Assembly (NCBI GenBank): GCA_037133435.1
Contig: JBAXOD010000003.1
Span: forward strand, 9,502-73,501
Direction: 5' to 3'
Length of the DNA: 64,000 nucleotides
Source: Candidatus Moraniibacteriota bacterium
GTDB lineage: Bacteria; Patescibacteriota; Minisyncoccia; Moranbacterales; UBA1568
In this document: piece by piece, positions 20,174 to 30,036 of the stretch
Layout: each line of letters begins with the position of its first letter
Numbering within the stretch: position 1 is the first letter of the stretch
The notes under the pieces: model-generated
The model's input: the letters and a program-made list of their open reading frames with translations, nothing else
What the model was told of the DNA's origin: nothing
Database searches by the model: none
Translations under genes and position numbers: made by a program

Positions 20174-20932
20174 ATGGCAGACCATAAGGGAAATTCGGGA
20201 AAAGGATTCATACGAAAGGATTTTCATGACAATCGGGATCCGGAACTTACATTGAAAGAGAACGGCGCATGGTTTGTGGCTGATCCGAAGTCGAATACAT
20301 TCCTAGCCGGACGTGATACATATGACGGTCCGAAGGGAAGCAGGCCACCTGTGCTTCAACGAGAACTGATCAATTTCGGATGGGCGGCGCAATGGTCGGC
20401 GGTGCTCGACTATTTCGCAGAGCTACTGAAAAAGAATGCGTTTAAGGGAAAGAAACCGTTGTTGGAGAAAGGGCCGACCGCCATCGCGTATTTGCCCGAG
20501 CATGGAGCATTCGCAGAATCCGTGTCGAGATTTTTTAAATGCGGTCTTCTGCAAGCTGTTCCCAGACATGACATCGCGAACGTGACGGAGCTGTTCTCGT
20601 TCCGGACGAATGTCGGGAAGGAAGAGCGGGTATTGATTTTGTATGAGATGCTTTCCGTTTCGGATTTCCCGGAAATAGATGCGCTTATCCGTTCCATCAC
20701 GAAACGGAAGGGAAAGGTGATCGGGATCGGTTGCGCGGTGAACGATACATTCCCGCTTCAGGACGCTTTCAAGGGAGTTCCGATCGTTTCGGTCCTTGCC
20801 CCGGGAATCGAGCGGTTTAAATTGGGAGAACAGGGTTCGTCGGATATGAACGCCGAAATTATCGGGGATCCGTATAATCCTGACGCGTGGGAGGAATTGA
20901 TTGAACCGAAGAAAAAGAAGAAAAAAGGGTGA
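20174..20932 (+). CDS. Phosphoribosyltransferase-fold protein, degenerate
   Basis: ERVLILYEML...GKVIGIGCAVN resembles the OPRTase core but lacks the ED-x-x-TTG loop; start 20174 avoids overlap with the ATPase. Confidence 0.55.
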   Translation: MADHKGNSGKGFIRKDFHDNRDPELTLKENGAWFVADPKSNTFLAGRDTYDGPKGSRPPVLQRELINFGWAAQWSAVLDYFAELLKKNAFKGKKPLLEKGPTAIAYLPEHGAFAESVSRFFKCGLLQAVPRHDIANVTELFSFRTNVGKEERVLILYEMLSVSDFPEIDALIRSITKRKGKVIGIGCAVNDTFPLQDAFKGVPIVSVLAPGIERFKLGEQGSSDMNAEIIGDPYNPDAWEELIEPKKKKKKG

Positions 20933-21114
20933 AGCAAGGAGTGTGAATGGACGACTTTCAACGGTCGTCCTTTTTATTTCGTCTGACTTTCACCCCGATA
21001 CGGCACATCGATCGGAGAGATGTCGGTTGTAATGAAAATCCATCGTCTAGATTCAACGCTCGTTCCGTGGTATATTTCACGGTAGAGTCGATGTTCTAGA
21101 GGGAAACATTCTAC

Positions 21115-21327
21115 ATGGATATGTCAACGACAGCATTCGGTATCATCGCGATTCTCGTACTGCTGGTGTTCGCCTGGCCACGTGCCCGGGCGTTCTTTTC
21201 ACAGCCCTCGTTGTTGGTCCTTTCGATCGCCTTCGTTGTGGCGATTCTTGCGGTAACGGTCATCATCCCTGAGACGCAGCGGTATGGAGGGGAGCTTACT
21301 AATGCATCGACAGGCGATGCGGGATAG
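21115..21327 (+). CDS. Small two-TM hypothetical protein
   Basis: 70 aa with two hydrophobic stretches. Confidence 0.55.
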   Translation: MDMSTTAFGIIAILVLLVFAWPRARAFFSQPSLLVLSIAFVVAILAVTVIIPETQRYGGELTNASTGDAG

Positions 21328-21517
21328 AAGATGAATCTTTCGCTCGTCGTTTCTGTTCAACGAAATCCGACGTTAACCCTGGAAAGGTTGAAACATTTCC
21401 GAACGATCAGCTATTCAAACAGAGTTAAAATGAATCGTCTCACCGAATTAGAGGCGATTTTTTGACTTTCGGCTTGAGACGGGGTAGATTTGAAGGGAAA
21501 GAAGGGTATTTCGATAC

Positions 21518-21657
21518 GGCGTTGTTGAATAATTCATTTAGCTTTAATAAGCCTTAAAATGTCATTTAATTTTTCAGACATCACTATTTATTGATAATTT
21601 TTTGACTTTTTACGAAAATAACAGCTTAGATAAAGGTTCGAATTATTCAACAACGCC
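21518..21657. mobile_element. 140-bp MITE with 18-bp terminal inverted repeats and a 9-bp target-site duplication
   Basis: GGCGTTGTTGAATAATTC (21518-21535) / GAATTATTCAACAACGCC (21640-21657); TTTCGATAC at 21509-21517 and 21658-21666. Confidence 0.9.
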
Positions 21658-21683
21658 TTTCGATACTATAAATCGGGAGTCTC

Positions 21684-21726
21684 CCACCCCTCAGTCATGA
21701 ATACATGACAGCTCCCCTCGGGCAGC
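21684..21726. repeat. CCACCCCTCAGTC-hairpin-GACAGCTCCCCT REP-like family
   Basis: Related copies at about 29925, 33910, 36861 and 43654. Confidence 0.75.
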
Positions 21727-21792
21727 CCGCCCGTATCACTACGTGAAACGTTGTGGACAGGGGGAGCAGGAACGTACTATAACGATATTTCT

Positions 21793-23283
21793 ATGGCGCA
21801 GATAGAGAACCTGATGGATAAGCTGGTTTCGCTTTCGAAAAGGCGCGGGTTCGTATTCCCGAGTTCGGAGATCTATGGCGGGTTCGCGGCGGTGTATGAT
21901 TTCGGACCGTACGGGGTTGAGCTTGCCCGCAATATCCGCGAAGCATGGTGGCAGGCCATGGTGCGCGAGCACGAGAATATCGTCGGTCTCGACAGTGCGA
22001 TTTTCATGCATCCGAAAGTCTGGGAGGCGTCGGGGCATGTCGGCGGATTCAGCGACCCTTTGGCCGAGTGCCGCAAGTGTCACTCGCGATTGCGGGTGGA
22101 TCATCTCCTCGAGGAGGCGGGCGTGTTCGCCGACGAAAAGATGAGCGAGGAAGAAATCAACGCGCTCTTCTCGGAACACAAAGGAAAAGTAGTCTGCCCC
22201 AAATGCGGTGGGCATGATTTCACCGAGGCGAAGAGCTTCAACTTGCTCGTGAAATCCAACCTCGGCAATTTCACCGGCGACTGGGACAAGGATCCTGCCC
22301 GCAATGCTACGGAGCATAACGTTGCAGGCGGGGCGACTTATCTGCGTGGTGAGACGTGCCAGGGCATCTACGTCAATTTCAAGAATGTGCTCGATTCGAC
22401 CCGCATGAAGGTGCCGTTCGGTATCGCACAGATCGGCAAGGCGTTCCGAAACGAGATCACCGCCCGGCAGTTCATCTTCCGCAAGCGCGAGTTCGAGCAG
22501 ATGGAGATGCAGTTCTTCGTGCATCCGGACACGGCTACGGAATTTTATGAAAAATGGCGGGCAAAACGTTTTCAGTATTATATCGACCTTGGACTCAAAC
22601 CGGAGAATTTGCAGTGGCACCAGCACGAGAACCTCGTGTTCTATGCGAAGGCGGCATGGGATATCGAGTACCGGTTCCCGTTCGGATTCAAGGAGCTCGA
22701 AGGTGTGCACAACCGGAGCAATTATGATCTGACCCAGCATTCGAAGTTCTCGGGCGTCGATCTTTCCTATCGCGACCCGCTGACGGGGGAGAAGTATATC
22801 CCGTGGATCGTCGAGACATCCGTCGGTGTGGATCGGACCTTTCTCGCCGTGCTGACCGACGCGTATACCGAAGAAGTAATCCGACCCGCCCACAATCCTT
22901 CGGATAGTGAGGCGGGCAGGGGAGTGGAAGACGAAATCAGGGTGGTGTTGAAGTTTCCGAAAAAACTCGCGCCGGTCAAGGTCGCGGTGTTCCCGCTCCT
23001 TCGCAACAAGCCCGAGCTCGTGGCTGCGGCACGCGCGATTTTCGATTCGCTCAAGGGCGATTTCGCCACCGAGTACGACGACAACGGAAATGTCGGCAAG
23101 CGCTATCGAAGACAGGACGAGATCGGCACGCCGTACTGCGTGACCGTCGACTTCGACACGGTCGGACTCGGTGAGGACCCGTCGCTCAAGGACACTGTCA
23201 CCGTGCGAGATCGCGACACGATGGAACAGATCCGTATCCCGGTTTCCGAGTTGCGCGCGTATGTCTCGGAGAATCTGAAATAG
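21793..23283 (+). CDS. glyQS: Glycine--tRNA ligase (homodimeric alpha2 type)
   Basis: KRRGFVFPSSEIYGG, LRGETCQGI, QIGKAFRNEI, REFEQME, GKRYRRQDEIGTP. Confidence 0.97.
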   Translation: MAQIENLMDKLVSLSKRRGFVFPSSEIYGGFAAVYDFGPYGVELARNIREAWWQAMVREHENIVGLDSAIFMHPKVWEASGHVGGFSDPLAECRKCHSRLRVDHLLEEAGVFADEKMSEEEINALFSEHKGKVVCPKCGGHDFTEAKSFNLLVKSNLGNFTGDWDKDPARNATEHNVAGGATYLRGETCQGIYVNFKNVLDSTRMKVPFGIAQIGKAFRNEITARQFIFRKREFEQMEMQFFVHPDTATEFYEKWRAKRFQYYIDLGLKPENLQWHQHENLVFYAKAAWDIEYRFPFGFKELEGVHNRSNYDLTQHSKFSGVDLSYRDPLTGEKYIPWIVETSVGVDRTFLAVLTDAYTEEVIRPAHNPSDSEAGRGVEDEIRVVLKFPKKLAPVKVAVFPLLRNKPELVAAARAIFDSLKGDFATEYDDNGNVGKRYRRQDEIGTPYCVTVDFDTVGLGEDPSLKDTVTVRDRDTMEQIRIPVSELRAYVSENLK

Positions 23284-23284
23284 T

Positions 23285-23719
23285 ATGTTCAAGGAATTGT
23301 CGAAAAATATTTTTCTCAATAAGGAATTACAATACGAAGTTCCTACAAGAAAACTTCCATTTATAATACGAATATCAGGGAATAATGTTGAAATAAACGT
23401 GGAATATAAAATCGAGCCGGAACGAATTGTCGGTATCTGTGGAGAGTGCGGAGAGGAGAACAAAATTCTTTTTCGTGAGAAAGTTTCCGGTGAGCCGGTT
23501 GTGATATCCGAAAATCAGGAAGCTATTGTTGTGGCTCAGGAAAAAATTCGTGAATTGGTCGAGGGAGTAGAAAATAATATGCTCTGTTGTGAGGATTGCT
23601 TTACGGAAGAATTCCGGGCGAATCGTCCGAAGCGGTATCTGGAAGCCATGCGAACCGTTTCTCAGGAGCTGGAAATTTCGATTGATATGAAAAAACTGGA
23701 AAGCGCCATATCGGGATGA
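23285..23719 (+). CDS. Hypothetical protein with possible Zn-binding Cys pairs
   Basis: CGEC...CCEDC; AT-rich. Confidence 0.6.
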   Translation: MFKELSKNIFLNKELQYEVPTRKLPFIIRISGNNVEINVEYKIEPERIVGICGECGEENKILFREKVSGEPVVISENQEAIVVAQEKIRELVEGVENNMLCCEDCFTEEFRANRPKRYLEAMRTVSQELEISIDMKKLESAISG

Positions 23720-24558
23720 GTCCCATGAAATTGAAGCATATGGAGCCGACGCAGATCGCGATATTCAAGAGGAAGGAGATACGTAAGACGCTCCATGAGG
23801 GGGAATGGTGGTTTTCGGCTTCCGATGTCGTATTCGCATTGACGGATTCTTTGAATTCGACAGACTATATCAAGAAAATGAGGCTTAGGGATGCGGAGCT
23901 GAGCAAAGGGTGGGGACAAATTGTCACCCCCCTTTGGTTGGAAACGGAAGGGGGTCGGCAGAAGGTGAATTGCGCGAATACCGAGGGTATATTCCGTATC
24001 ATTCAGTCCATCTCGTCGCCGAAAGCGGAGCCGTTCAAGCGATGGTTGGCGAAGGTCGGCTATGAGCGGGTGCAGGAGATCGAAAATCCGGAACTGGCGA
24101 CGAAACGGACTCGCGCGCTCTATAAACTGAAAGGATATCCGGACGAATGGATTGAGAAGCGGATGCGTGGCATCGCGATTCGTGAAGAGCTGACCGACGA
24201 ATGGCAGAAGCGTGGAGCGAAACGCCCCGATGACTACGAAATCCTCACTGCAGAAATCTCGAAGGCGACGTTTGGGGTGACGCCGACGGAATACAAGAAA
24301 CTGAAGGGACTGAAGCGGGAGAATCTTCGGGACCACATGGACGATTTTGAACTGATTTTCACGATGCTCGGCGAGCGGTCGACAACGGAAATTCATCGGG
24401 TTGAGGATTCGAAGGGCGTTCGAAAACTGAAAAGTGACGCGAAAGCCGGTGGAACAATCGCTGGTGGGGCGAGGAAACAACTTGAGAAACGGCTCGGCCG
24501 ATCGGTTGTTACGCCGAAGAATTTCAAGGACGCTGTTAGTAAGAAGAAACTGAAATAA
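23716..24558 (+). CDS. Bro-N domain (phage antirepressor-like) protein
   Basis: EIRKTLHEGEWWFSASDVV...RIIQSISSPKAEPFKRWLA...ENLRDHM. Confidence 0.88.
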   Translation: MSPMKLKHMEPTQIAIFKRKEIRKTLHEGEWWFSASDVVFALTDSLNSTDYIKKMRLRDAELSKGWGQIVTPLWLETEGGRQKVNCANTEGIFRIIQSISSPKAEPFKRWLAKVGYERVQEIENPELATKRTRALYKLKGYPDEWIEKRMRGIAIREELTDEWQKRGAKRPDDYEILTAEISKATFGVTPTEYKKLKGLKRENLRDHMDDFELIFTMLGERSTTEIHRVEDSKGVRKLKSDAKAGGTIAGGARKQLEKRLGRSVVTPKNFKDAVSKKKLK

Positions 24559-24682
24559 TATCGGATTAATGCCAGTGCTAAGAAATCAATTCCCTCAGTC
24601 TCCCTGCCCGAAATGCTATCGTTGCAGGCGGGCGCGAGGATTTGCGTCTGCGAAAATCCGTGGCGGTCCATGACCGGGTCTT

Positions 24683-24839
24683 AGAGCCTATCCGTTAGGG
24701 TCTCCGTCACGAGCCGTACAATCTTCGAGCGGAAAGGCGGGTAACCCGCGGAGCCCTATCGAGATAAGGCGACAAGGGGTACGCGCGTGTACGCCGAAGA
24801 TCGTAGGCGAAGTAGGTATGTTCCTAACGGATAGGCTCT
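24683..24839. mobile_element. 157-bp MITE-like element with 17-bp terminal inverted repeats
   Basis: AGAGCCTATCCGTTAGG (24683-24699) / CCTAACGGATAGGCTCT (24823-24839); no clear TSD. Confidence 0.7.
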
Positions 24840-25082
24840 CAATACTGGATTGCCACCCCGGCATACGCAGGGCAAGCTGCCCGAGTACGGGCTCGCAAAG
24901 ACAGACGTAAGGGACTACGTTCCCAATGGTAAGGAGTTTCAGTCCCTTCTATCTATAAGGTACCAGCAAATAGTATTCGGTATATACGTTATCCTTGCAG
25001 TCATGATGTGATTGTGCCAAGATGAAGTGTTTCACGTTCCCATTCATTATTCATAATTCCTTATTCCTAATTCCGCACCGAT

Positions 25083-26384
25083 ATGAAGTACAAGAAATTC
25101 ACCTTGGAGAACGGCCTGCGCGTGATACTCGCCCCGATGACAGAGACGGGGACGGCGACCGTGCTCGTGATGACCGGTGTCGGATCCCGTTTCGAAACGC
25201 GTAAGGAGAACGGCATCGCGCACTTCCTCGAACACATGATGTTCAAAGGGACGACGAAACGACCGACCGCATTCGACATCTCACGCGAGCTCGATTCGAT
25301 TGGCGCCGAGTACAATGCGTTCACAGGCAAGGAATATACCGGATACTACGCCAAGGTGGAGGCGCATCATTGGGAAACAGCACTCGACGTGGTCTCCGAC
25401 ATGTTCCTCAACGCGAAGATCGACCAAGACGAGATCGATCGCGAGCGGGGGACGATCATCCAGGAAATCAACATGTACGAGGATATGCCGGCACGCAAGG
25501 TGGGCGATTTCTGGGAAGAGCATCTTTACGGTGATACTCCGCTCGGATGGGACATCGCCGGACCGAAGGAAAATATCAAGGCGTTCAATCGTCGTGATTT
25601 CGTGAAGTATATGGAACGCGGTTATGTCGGCGGGAACGTCGTCGTCGGTATCGCGGGCAATATCGATCCGAAAAAAGTGATGGCTGAAGTCGAGGCCCGG
25701 TTCGGTGTCGTGAAAACAGGTGCACGTCCGGAATTCAAAAAGGCCTCCGATCGGCAGTCGGCACCGGGCGTTTTCATTCACAAGAAGAAGACCGATCAGA
25801 CACATTTCCTCTTAGGTGTCCGCGGGTATGATATGTATCACCCGGACCGTTTCGCTCTCGGCATCCTCTCTGTCATTCTTGGCGGTGGTATGTCGAGCCG
25901 TCTCTTCATCGAAGTGAGGGAGCGACGTGGTCTCGCATACCGGGTCCGTACCGAGGTGGAATCGTTCCATGATGCCGGGTATATCGCCACGCAGTGTGGC
26001 GTCGAACACGTGAATCTCGAGAAGGCGATCGCGGTCATTCTCGACGAGTACAAGAAGATCGCGACCGAGAAGGTCGGTAAGGATGAACTTCGCAAGGCCA
26101 AGGAATATATCAAAGGTGGCCTCGCTATGGGACTCGAGGGATCCGACGAGGTCGTGGAGTATCTCGTCTCGCAGGAAATACTCAAGAGCGAGATCGTACT
26201 GCCGAAAGACAAAGTCCGCGCGATCGAGCGGGTGACGGCTGACGACGTACTCCGTGTCGCGCAGGATCTTTTCCGCAACGACCGGCTGAACCTTGCGATC
26301 GTCGGTCCGCAGGACGCCCGTAAGAAGGCGAAACTCGAGAAGATGATGGACCTTAGAATCAGTAGTATAGTAAGTAGCGTGTAG
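25083..26384 (+). CDS. M16 (pitrilysin) family zinc peptidase
   Basis: GIAHFLEHMMFKGT (HxxEH), NAFTGKEYT, GGGMSSRLF. Confidence 0.95.
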   Translation: MKYKKFTLENGLRVILAPMTETGTATVLVMTGVGSRFETRKENGIAHFLEHMMFKGTTKRPTAFDISRELDSIGAEYNAFTGKEYTGYYAKVEAHHWETALDVVSDMFLNAKIDQDEIDRERGTIIQEINMYEDMPARKVGDFWEEHLYGDTPLGWDIAGPKENIKAFNRRDFVKYMERGYVGGNVVVGIAGNIDPKKVMAEVEARFGVVKTGARPEFKKASDRQSAPGVFIHKKKTDQTHFLLGVRGYDMYHPDRFALGILSVILGGGMSSRLFIEVRERRGLAYRVRTEVESFHDAGYIATQCGVEHVNLEKAIAVILDEYKKIATEKVGKDELRKAKEYIKGGLAMGLEGSDEVVEYLVSQEILKSEIVLPKDKVRAIERVTADDVLRVAQDLFRNDRLNLAIVGPQDARKKAKLEKMMDLRISSIVSSV

Positions 26385-26512
26385 ATAGTGGTGGGGAATA
26401 TTCATTGTTGGGGCTGTCGCTAAAGATGAATTATTCGGTTAACGGGTTCACGTGTTAACGGGTTAAGAAAGAAGGGAGACAGACAGGCTTGTCTTTTTGC
26501 TGATGTATATAT

Positions 26513-27202
26513 ATGGGAACCTTGTATCTCGTGGCGACACCAATCGGGAATATGGAAGACATCACGCTCCGGGCGCTTCGCGTGCTCGGGGAATGTGATG
26601 CGGTGCTCGCCGAAGATACGCGCGTGACGCGGCGGTTGCTTGATCGGCACGGCGTCGGGAAGCCGTCGATATCGTGCCATGAGCATACCGACGTGACAAA
26701 GCTCGCGTCGCTTGTTGCCCGTTTGAAAGCGGGGGAATCATTCTCATACGTGACGGACGCCGGTACGCCGGGACTTTCCGATCCGGGAAACCGGCTCGTT
26801 TCCCTCGCGCTTGAAGCGGGCGTCACAGTCGTTCCCGTACCTGGACCGTCCGCTCTCGGAGCGATCGTGTCGGTCGCTGGAATAGATATGCGTGAATTCA
26901 CATTCAAGGGATTTCCACCTCACAAGAAGGGGCGTGAGACATTTTTCCGATATGTCGCGGAATCAGAATTGCCTGTGATCTACTATGAGTCGCCGCACAG
27001 GGTCCTGAAGAATCTCAGTTTACTTGCTTCGTTTTCCCCGGAGAAACGGATTATTCTCGGACGTGAGTTGACCAAGATGTTCGAAGAGACCGTTCGTGGA
27101 ACCGTGAGCGAGGTCCTTGCTCGATTTGAATCCGAACCGACCAAAGTGAAAGGCGAATTCGTCATTATCGCGTATAATGGGAGTAGAGAAAAAAATATAT
27201 GA
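26513..27202 (+). CDS. rsmI: 16S rRNA C1402 2'-O-methyltransferase
   Basis: LYLVATPIGNMEDITLRA, AEDTR, DAGTPGLSDPG, YESPHR, RELTKMFE. Confidence 0.96.
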   Translation: MGTLYLVATPIGNMEDITLRALRVLGECDAVLAEDTRVTRRLLDRHGVGKPSISCHEHTDVTKLASLVARLKAGESFSYVTDAGTPGLSDPGNRLVSLALEAGVTVVPVPGPSALGAIVSVAGIDMREFTFKGFPPHKKGRETFFRYVAESELPVIYYESPHRVLKNLSLLASFSPEKRIILGRELTKMFEETVRGTVSEVLARFESEPTKVKGEFVIIAYNGSREKNI

Positions 27203-28644
27203 ACAAACCTTTTTTTATCACCACCGCGATCGACTACGTGAACGGAGAACCGCACGTGGGACACGCCGCCGAGAAAGTGCTGACCGATACGGTTGCACGG
27301 TATCATCGGGACGTCCTCCGAGAGGATACGTTTTTCCTGACAGGTACAGACGAGAACAGTCTCAAGAACGTGCAGGGAGCGGAGAAAGCGGGTCGACCGG
27401 TCGATGAATACGTGAAGGAAAACGCCGAGGCGTTCAAGTCTCTCGGTGATTCACTCGGACTTTCGTTTGATCGATTTATTCGCACGACAGAGGATATCCA
27501 TTTCGCCGGCGCCAAGAAATTCTGGAGCGCGATGAATCCGAATGATCTGTACAAAAAAAGTTATCATGGCCTCTACTGCGTCGGATGTGAAGAATTCAAG
27601 ACGGAGAAGGATCTGATCGATGGGAAGTGTCCGGAACACATGACCGAACCGGAAACGGTCGCGGAGGAGAATTGGTTCTTCCGGCTTTCCTCCTATGGCG
27701 ACCGGCTCAAGAAACTGATCGACTCCGGAGAGATCTCGATCGTGCCGGAATTTCGAAAAAACGAGGTGTTGTCGTTTATCGGCATGGGCCTGGAGGATTT
27801 TTCCGTTTCGCGATCCGTCGCGAGAGCGAAGGGGTGGGGTGTACCGGTGCCCGGCGACGAATCGCAAATCATGTACGTCTGGGTGGACGCGCTTGCAAAT
27901 TATATAACCGCACTTGATTACGCGGGCGACGGTACCGAATATGCGAAATTCTGGGCGGGTGACGGTGAACGGGTTCATATCATCGGCAAAGGCATCCTGC
28001 GTTTCCATGCTATTTATTGGCCGGCTATGTTGCTTTCAGCGAACCTTTCGCTCCCGACGAAGATATATGCACATGAATATCTGACGATCGACGGGGCCAA
28101 GATGTCCAAATCGCTCGGAAACGTCCTGTATCCCGGTGAGCTCGTGGAGCGGTTCGGTAAGGACGGCTCCCGATACCTATTGCTCTCCTCGATACCGTAT
28201 TCCAAGGACGGAGACTTGTCGTGGGCGAAGATGACTGAGAAATTCAATGCCGATCTCGCGAACGGGCTTGGCAATCTCGTGTCGCGCGTGATGCGTCTGT
28301 CCGAAGGGCTCGATGCCGATATGAAAAAAGTCTCGGAAATGCCCGTATTTCCTGAAGAAGTCGCCACGTTGCTTGAATCATACCGTTTCGCGGAAGCGCT
28401 TGAGAAAATCTGGGAGACGGTCCGTGACGCGAACCGCTACATCGAGGAAGAGAAGCCATGGGAGCTCGCGAAGACTGACCGTGAGAAATTCGCCGGCGTA
28501 ATGTCGATCCTGCTCGACCGGCTCGCGTACCTCTCCGTCGCGCTCGTCCCGTTCCTGCCCGACACCGCCGCGAAGATCCGTACATCGCTCGAATCCGGTA
28601 CGACGGAGATTCTTTTCCAAAGGGTGAAGGCAGAAAACAAATAG
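27199..28644 (+). CDS. metG: Methionine--tRNA ligase
   Basis: TTAIDYVNGEPHVGH, GLYCVGCE, YVWVDAL, KMSKSLGN. Confidence 0.97.
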   Translation: MNKPFFITTAIDYVNGEPHVGHAAEKVLTDTVARYHRDVLREDTFFLTGTDENSLKNVQGAEKAGRPVDEYVKENAEAFKSLGDSLGLSFDRFIRTTEDIHFAGAKKFWSAMNPNDLYKKSYHGLYCVGCEEFKTEKDLIDGKCPEHMTEPETVAEENWFFRLSSYGDRLKKLIDSGEISIVPEFRKNEVLSFIGMGLEDFSVSRSVARAKGWGVPVPGDESQIMYVWVDALANYITALDYAGDGTEYAKFWAGDGERVHIIGKGILRFHAIYWPAMLLSANLSLPTKIYAHEYLTIDGAKMSKSLGNVLYPGELVERFGKDGSRYLLLSSIPYSKDGDLSWAKMTEKFNADLANGLGNLVSRVMRLSEGLDADMKKVSEMPVFPEEVATLLESYRFAEALEKIWETVRDANRYIEEEKPWELAKTDREKFAGVMSILLDRLAYLSVALVPFLPDTAAKIRTSLESGTTEILFQRVKAENK

Positions 28645-28679
28645 CAGTGAGCAGAGAATAACTACAGTAAACAGGATAT

Positions 28680-29276
28680 ATGAATCGGGAGTGCATCGAA
28701 GAACTTGAACGGGAAATCAAGGGACTTCATTATGAGCCGAAGATTGGGCTGCATAGTTTTTCCGACTCCGAAACGAAGGAATTCTACAAGTGGTTTTGGG
28801 ATATTCATATCAAGCCGGTTATCGGATTCAGTAAGAAAATGGCGGAGAAATACGGAGCCGATATGGAAGTAGTCTGGCTTGGGGCGATGTTGCATGATAT
28901 TGCTCGCCTTGAGGATGCAGAGCCGCACGATGAAATAGGTTCGAAGAAGGCGTATGAATTGCTCGTGAAGCGAGGCTTCGAAACAGATGTCGCGGAGAAA
29001 GTACGTGATGTCGTCCTAAGGCACCGATGTCGGAAATATCCGCCGGAGACATTGGAACAGAAAATCATCGCCTCGGCCGACGCTATGGCGCATTTCATAC
29101 CGCCGTTCTATCTTTGGATAGGAAAATACTCGAACAAGTCGTTTTTCGATGTTCTTGAAAAGAATCGGAAAAAGATAGAGCGTGATTACAACGAGAAAAT
29201 ATTCTTTGAGGATGAGAAAGAATCGGTCAGGGGACAATATGAGGTTTTGAAAGCATGGATGGCGTATGAGGCGTGA
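28680..29276 (+). CDS. HD domain protein
   Basis: H...LGAMLHDIA...HDEIGS...ASADAMAH. Confidence 0.85.
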   Translation: MNRECIEELEREIKGLHYEPKIGLHSFSDSETKEFYKWFWDIHIKPVIGFSKKMAEKYGADMEVVWLGAMLHDIARLEDAEPHDEIGSKKAYELLVKRGFETDVAEKVRDVVLRHRCRKYPPETLEQKIIASADAMAHFIPPFYLWIGKYSNKSFFDVLEKNRKKIERDYNEKIFFEDEKESVRGQYEVLKAWMAYEA

Positions 29277-29285
29277 AGTCAAGTT

Positions 29286-29888
29286 ATGAATCCAGAAGTA
29301 AGCGAAATAGAAAATCTTCTTGTTGAGAAAATCCTTCCCGATCTGGAAAAGAGTCGGGGTGGGTTTGATAAGATACATACGTTCGAAGTCGTGGAATGGT
29401 TGAGGAAAATTATGAGTCACCATCCGGAGTTGGGACTCGATGAGGCTGTCATGATCATTGCCGCGTATGCCCATGATTGGGGCTATTCGGACATTTTCAA
29501 GGAAGGGGATGTCATGGATTTCGAGAGGGTCGAGGGCGCGAAGGTACTTCATATGGAGCTTGGATCGAAAAAACTGGAGGCACTTTTGTGTGACGATTTT
29601 TTCGACCTTCTTTCCGAAGAGCGGAAGGCTCGTGCGATTCACCTGGTCGCCGTGCATGACAAGAAATTCGAACTCAAGGATACCGACGAACTGGTACTGA
29701 TGGAAGCCGATATGTTGAGCGCACTTTTTATAGGGGGAGAGAAACCGAAAAATGATGCCGTATGGAACGAGAAATTCATGGAAGCGATGAAAACGACGAG
29801 GTTGCCGAAATTCATTACCGAATACGGGAAAAGGGAGGCGGAACGATTGATAAAAGAGCGGGAGGAGTATTATGATACGTTGAAATAG
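29286..29888 (+). CDS. HD domain protein
   Basis: HTFEVV...AAYAHDWG...HMELG...HD...EADMLS. Confidence 0.85.
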   Translation: MNPEVSEIENLLVEKILPDLEKSRGGFDKIHTFEVVEWLRKIMSHHPELGLDEAVMIIAAYAHDWGYSDIFKEGDVMDFERVEGAKVLHMELGSKKLEALLCDDFFDLLSEERKARAIHLVAVHDKKFELKDTDELVLMEADMLSALFIGGEKPKNDAVWNEKFMEAMKTTRLPKFITEYGKREAERLIKEREEYYDTLK

Positions 29889-30036
29889 CCGATATGCTCT
29901 CACCCCTCACCCAGCATACGCGGGTCAAGAGTCATGAATACATGACAGCTCCCCTTCCCAAAGGGACCCTGTTGGGGCTGGCAGGGGAGGAGGAGATCGT
30001 TTCCTCCCTCACTCCCTACTTCTGTCTTCAAGGTCT

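Noticed and set aside
23285-24558. Prophage suggested by the Bro-N gene
   Set aside because: No integrase, structural or replication genes nearby
25028-25043. parS-like sequence TGTTTCACGTTCCCAT
   Set aside because: Only the left half matches the TGTTTCACGTGAAACA palindrome
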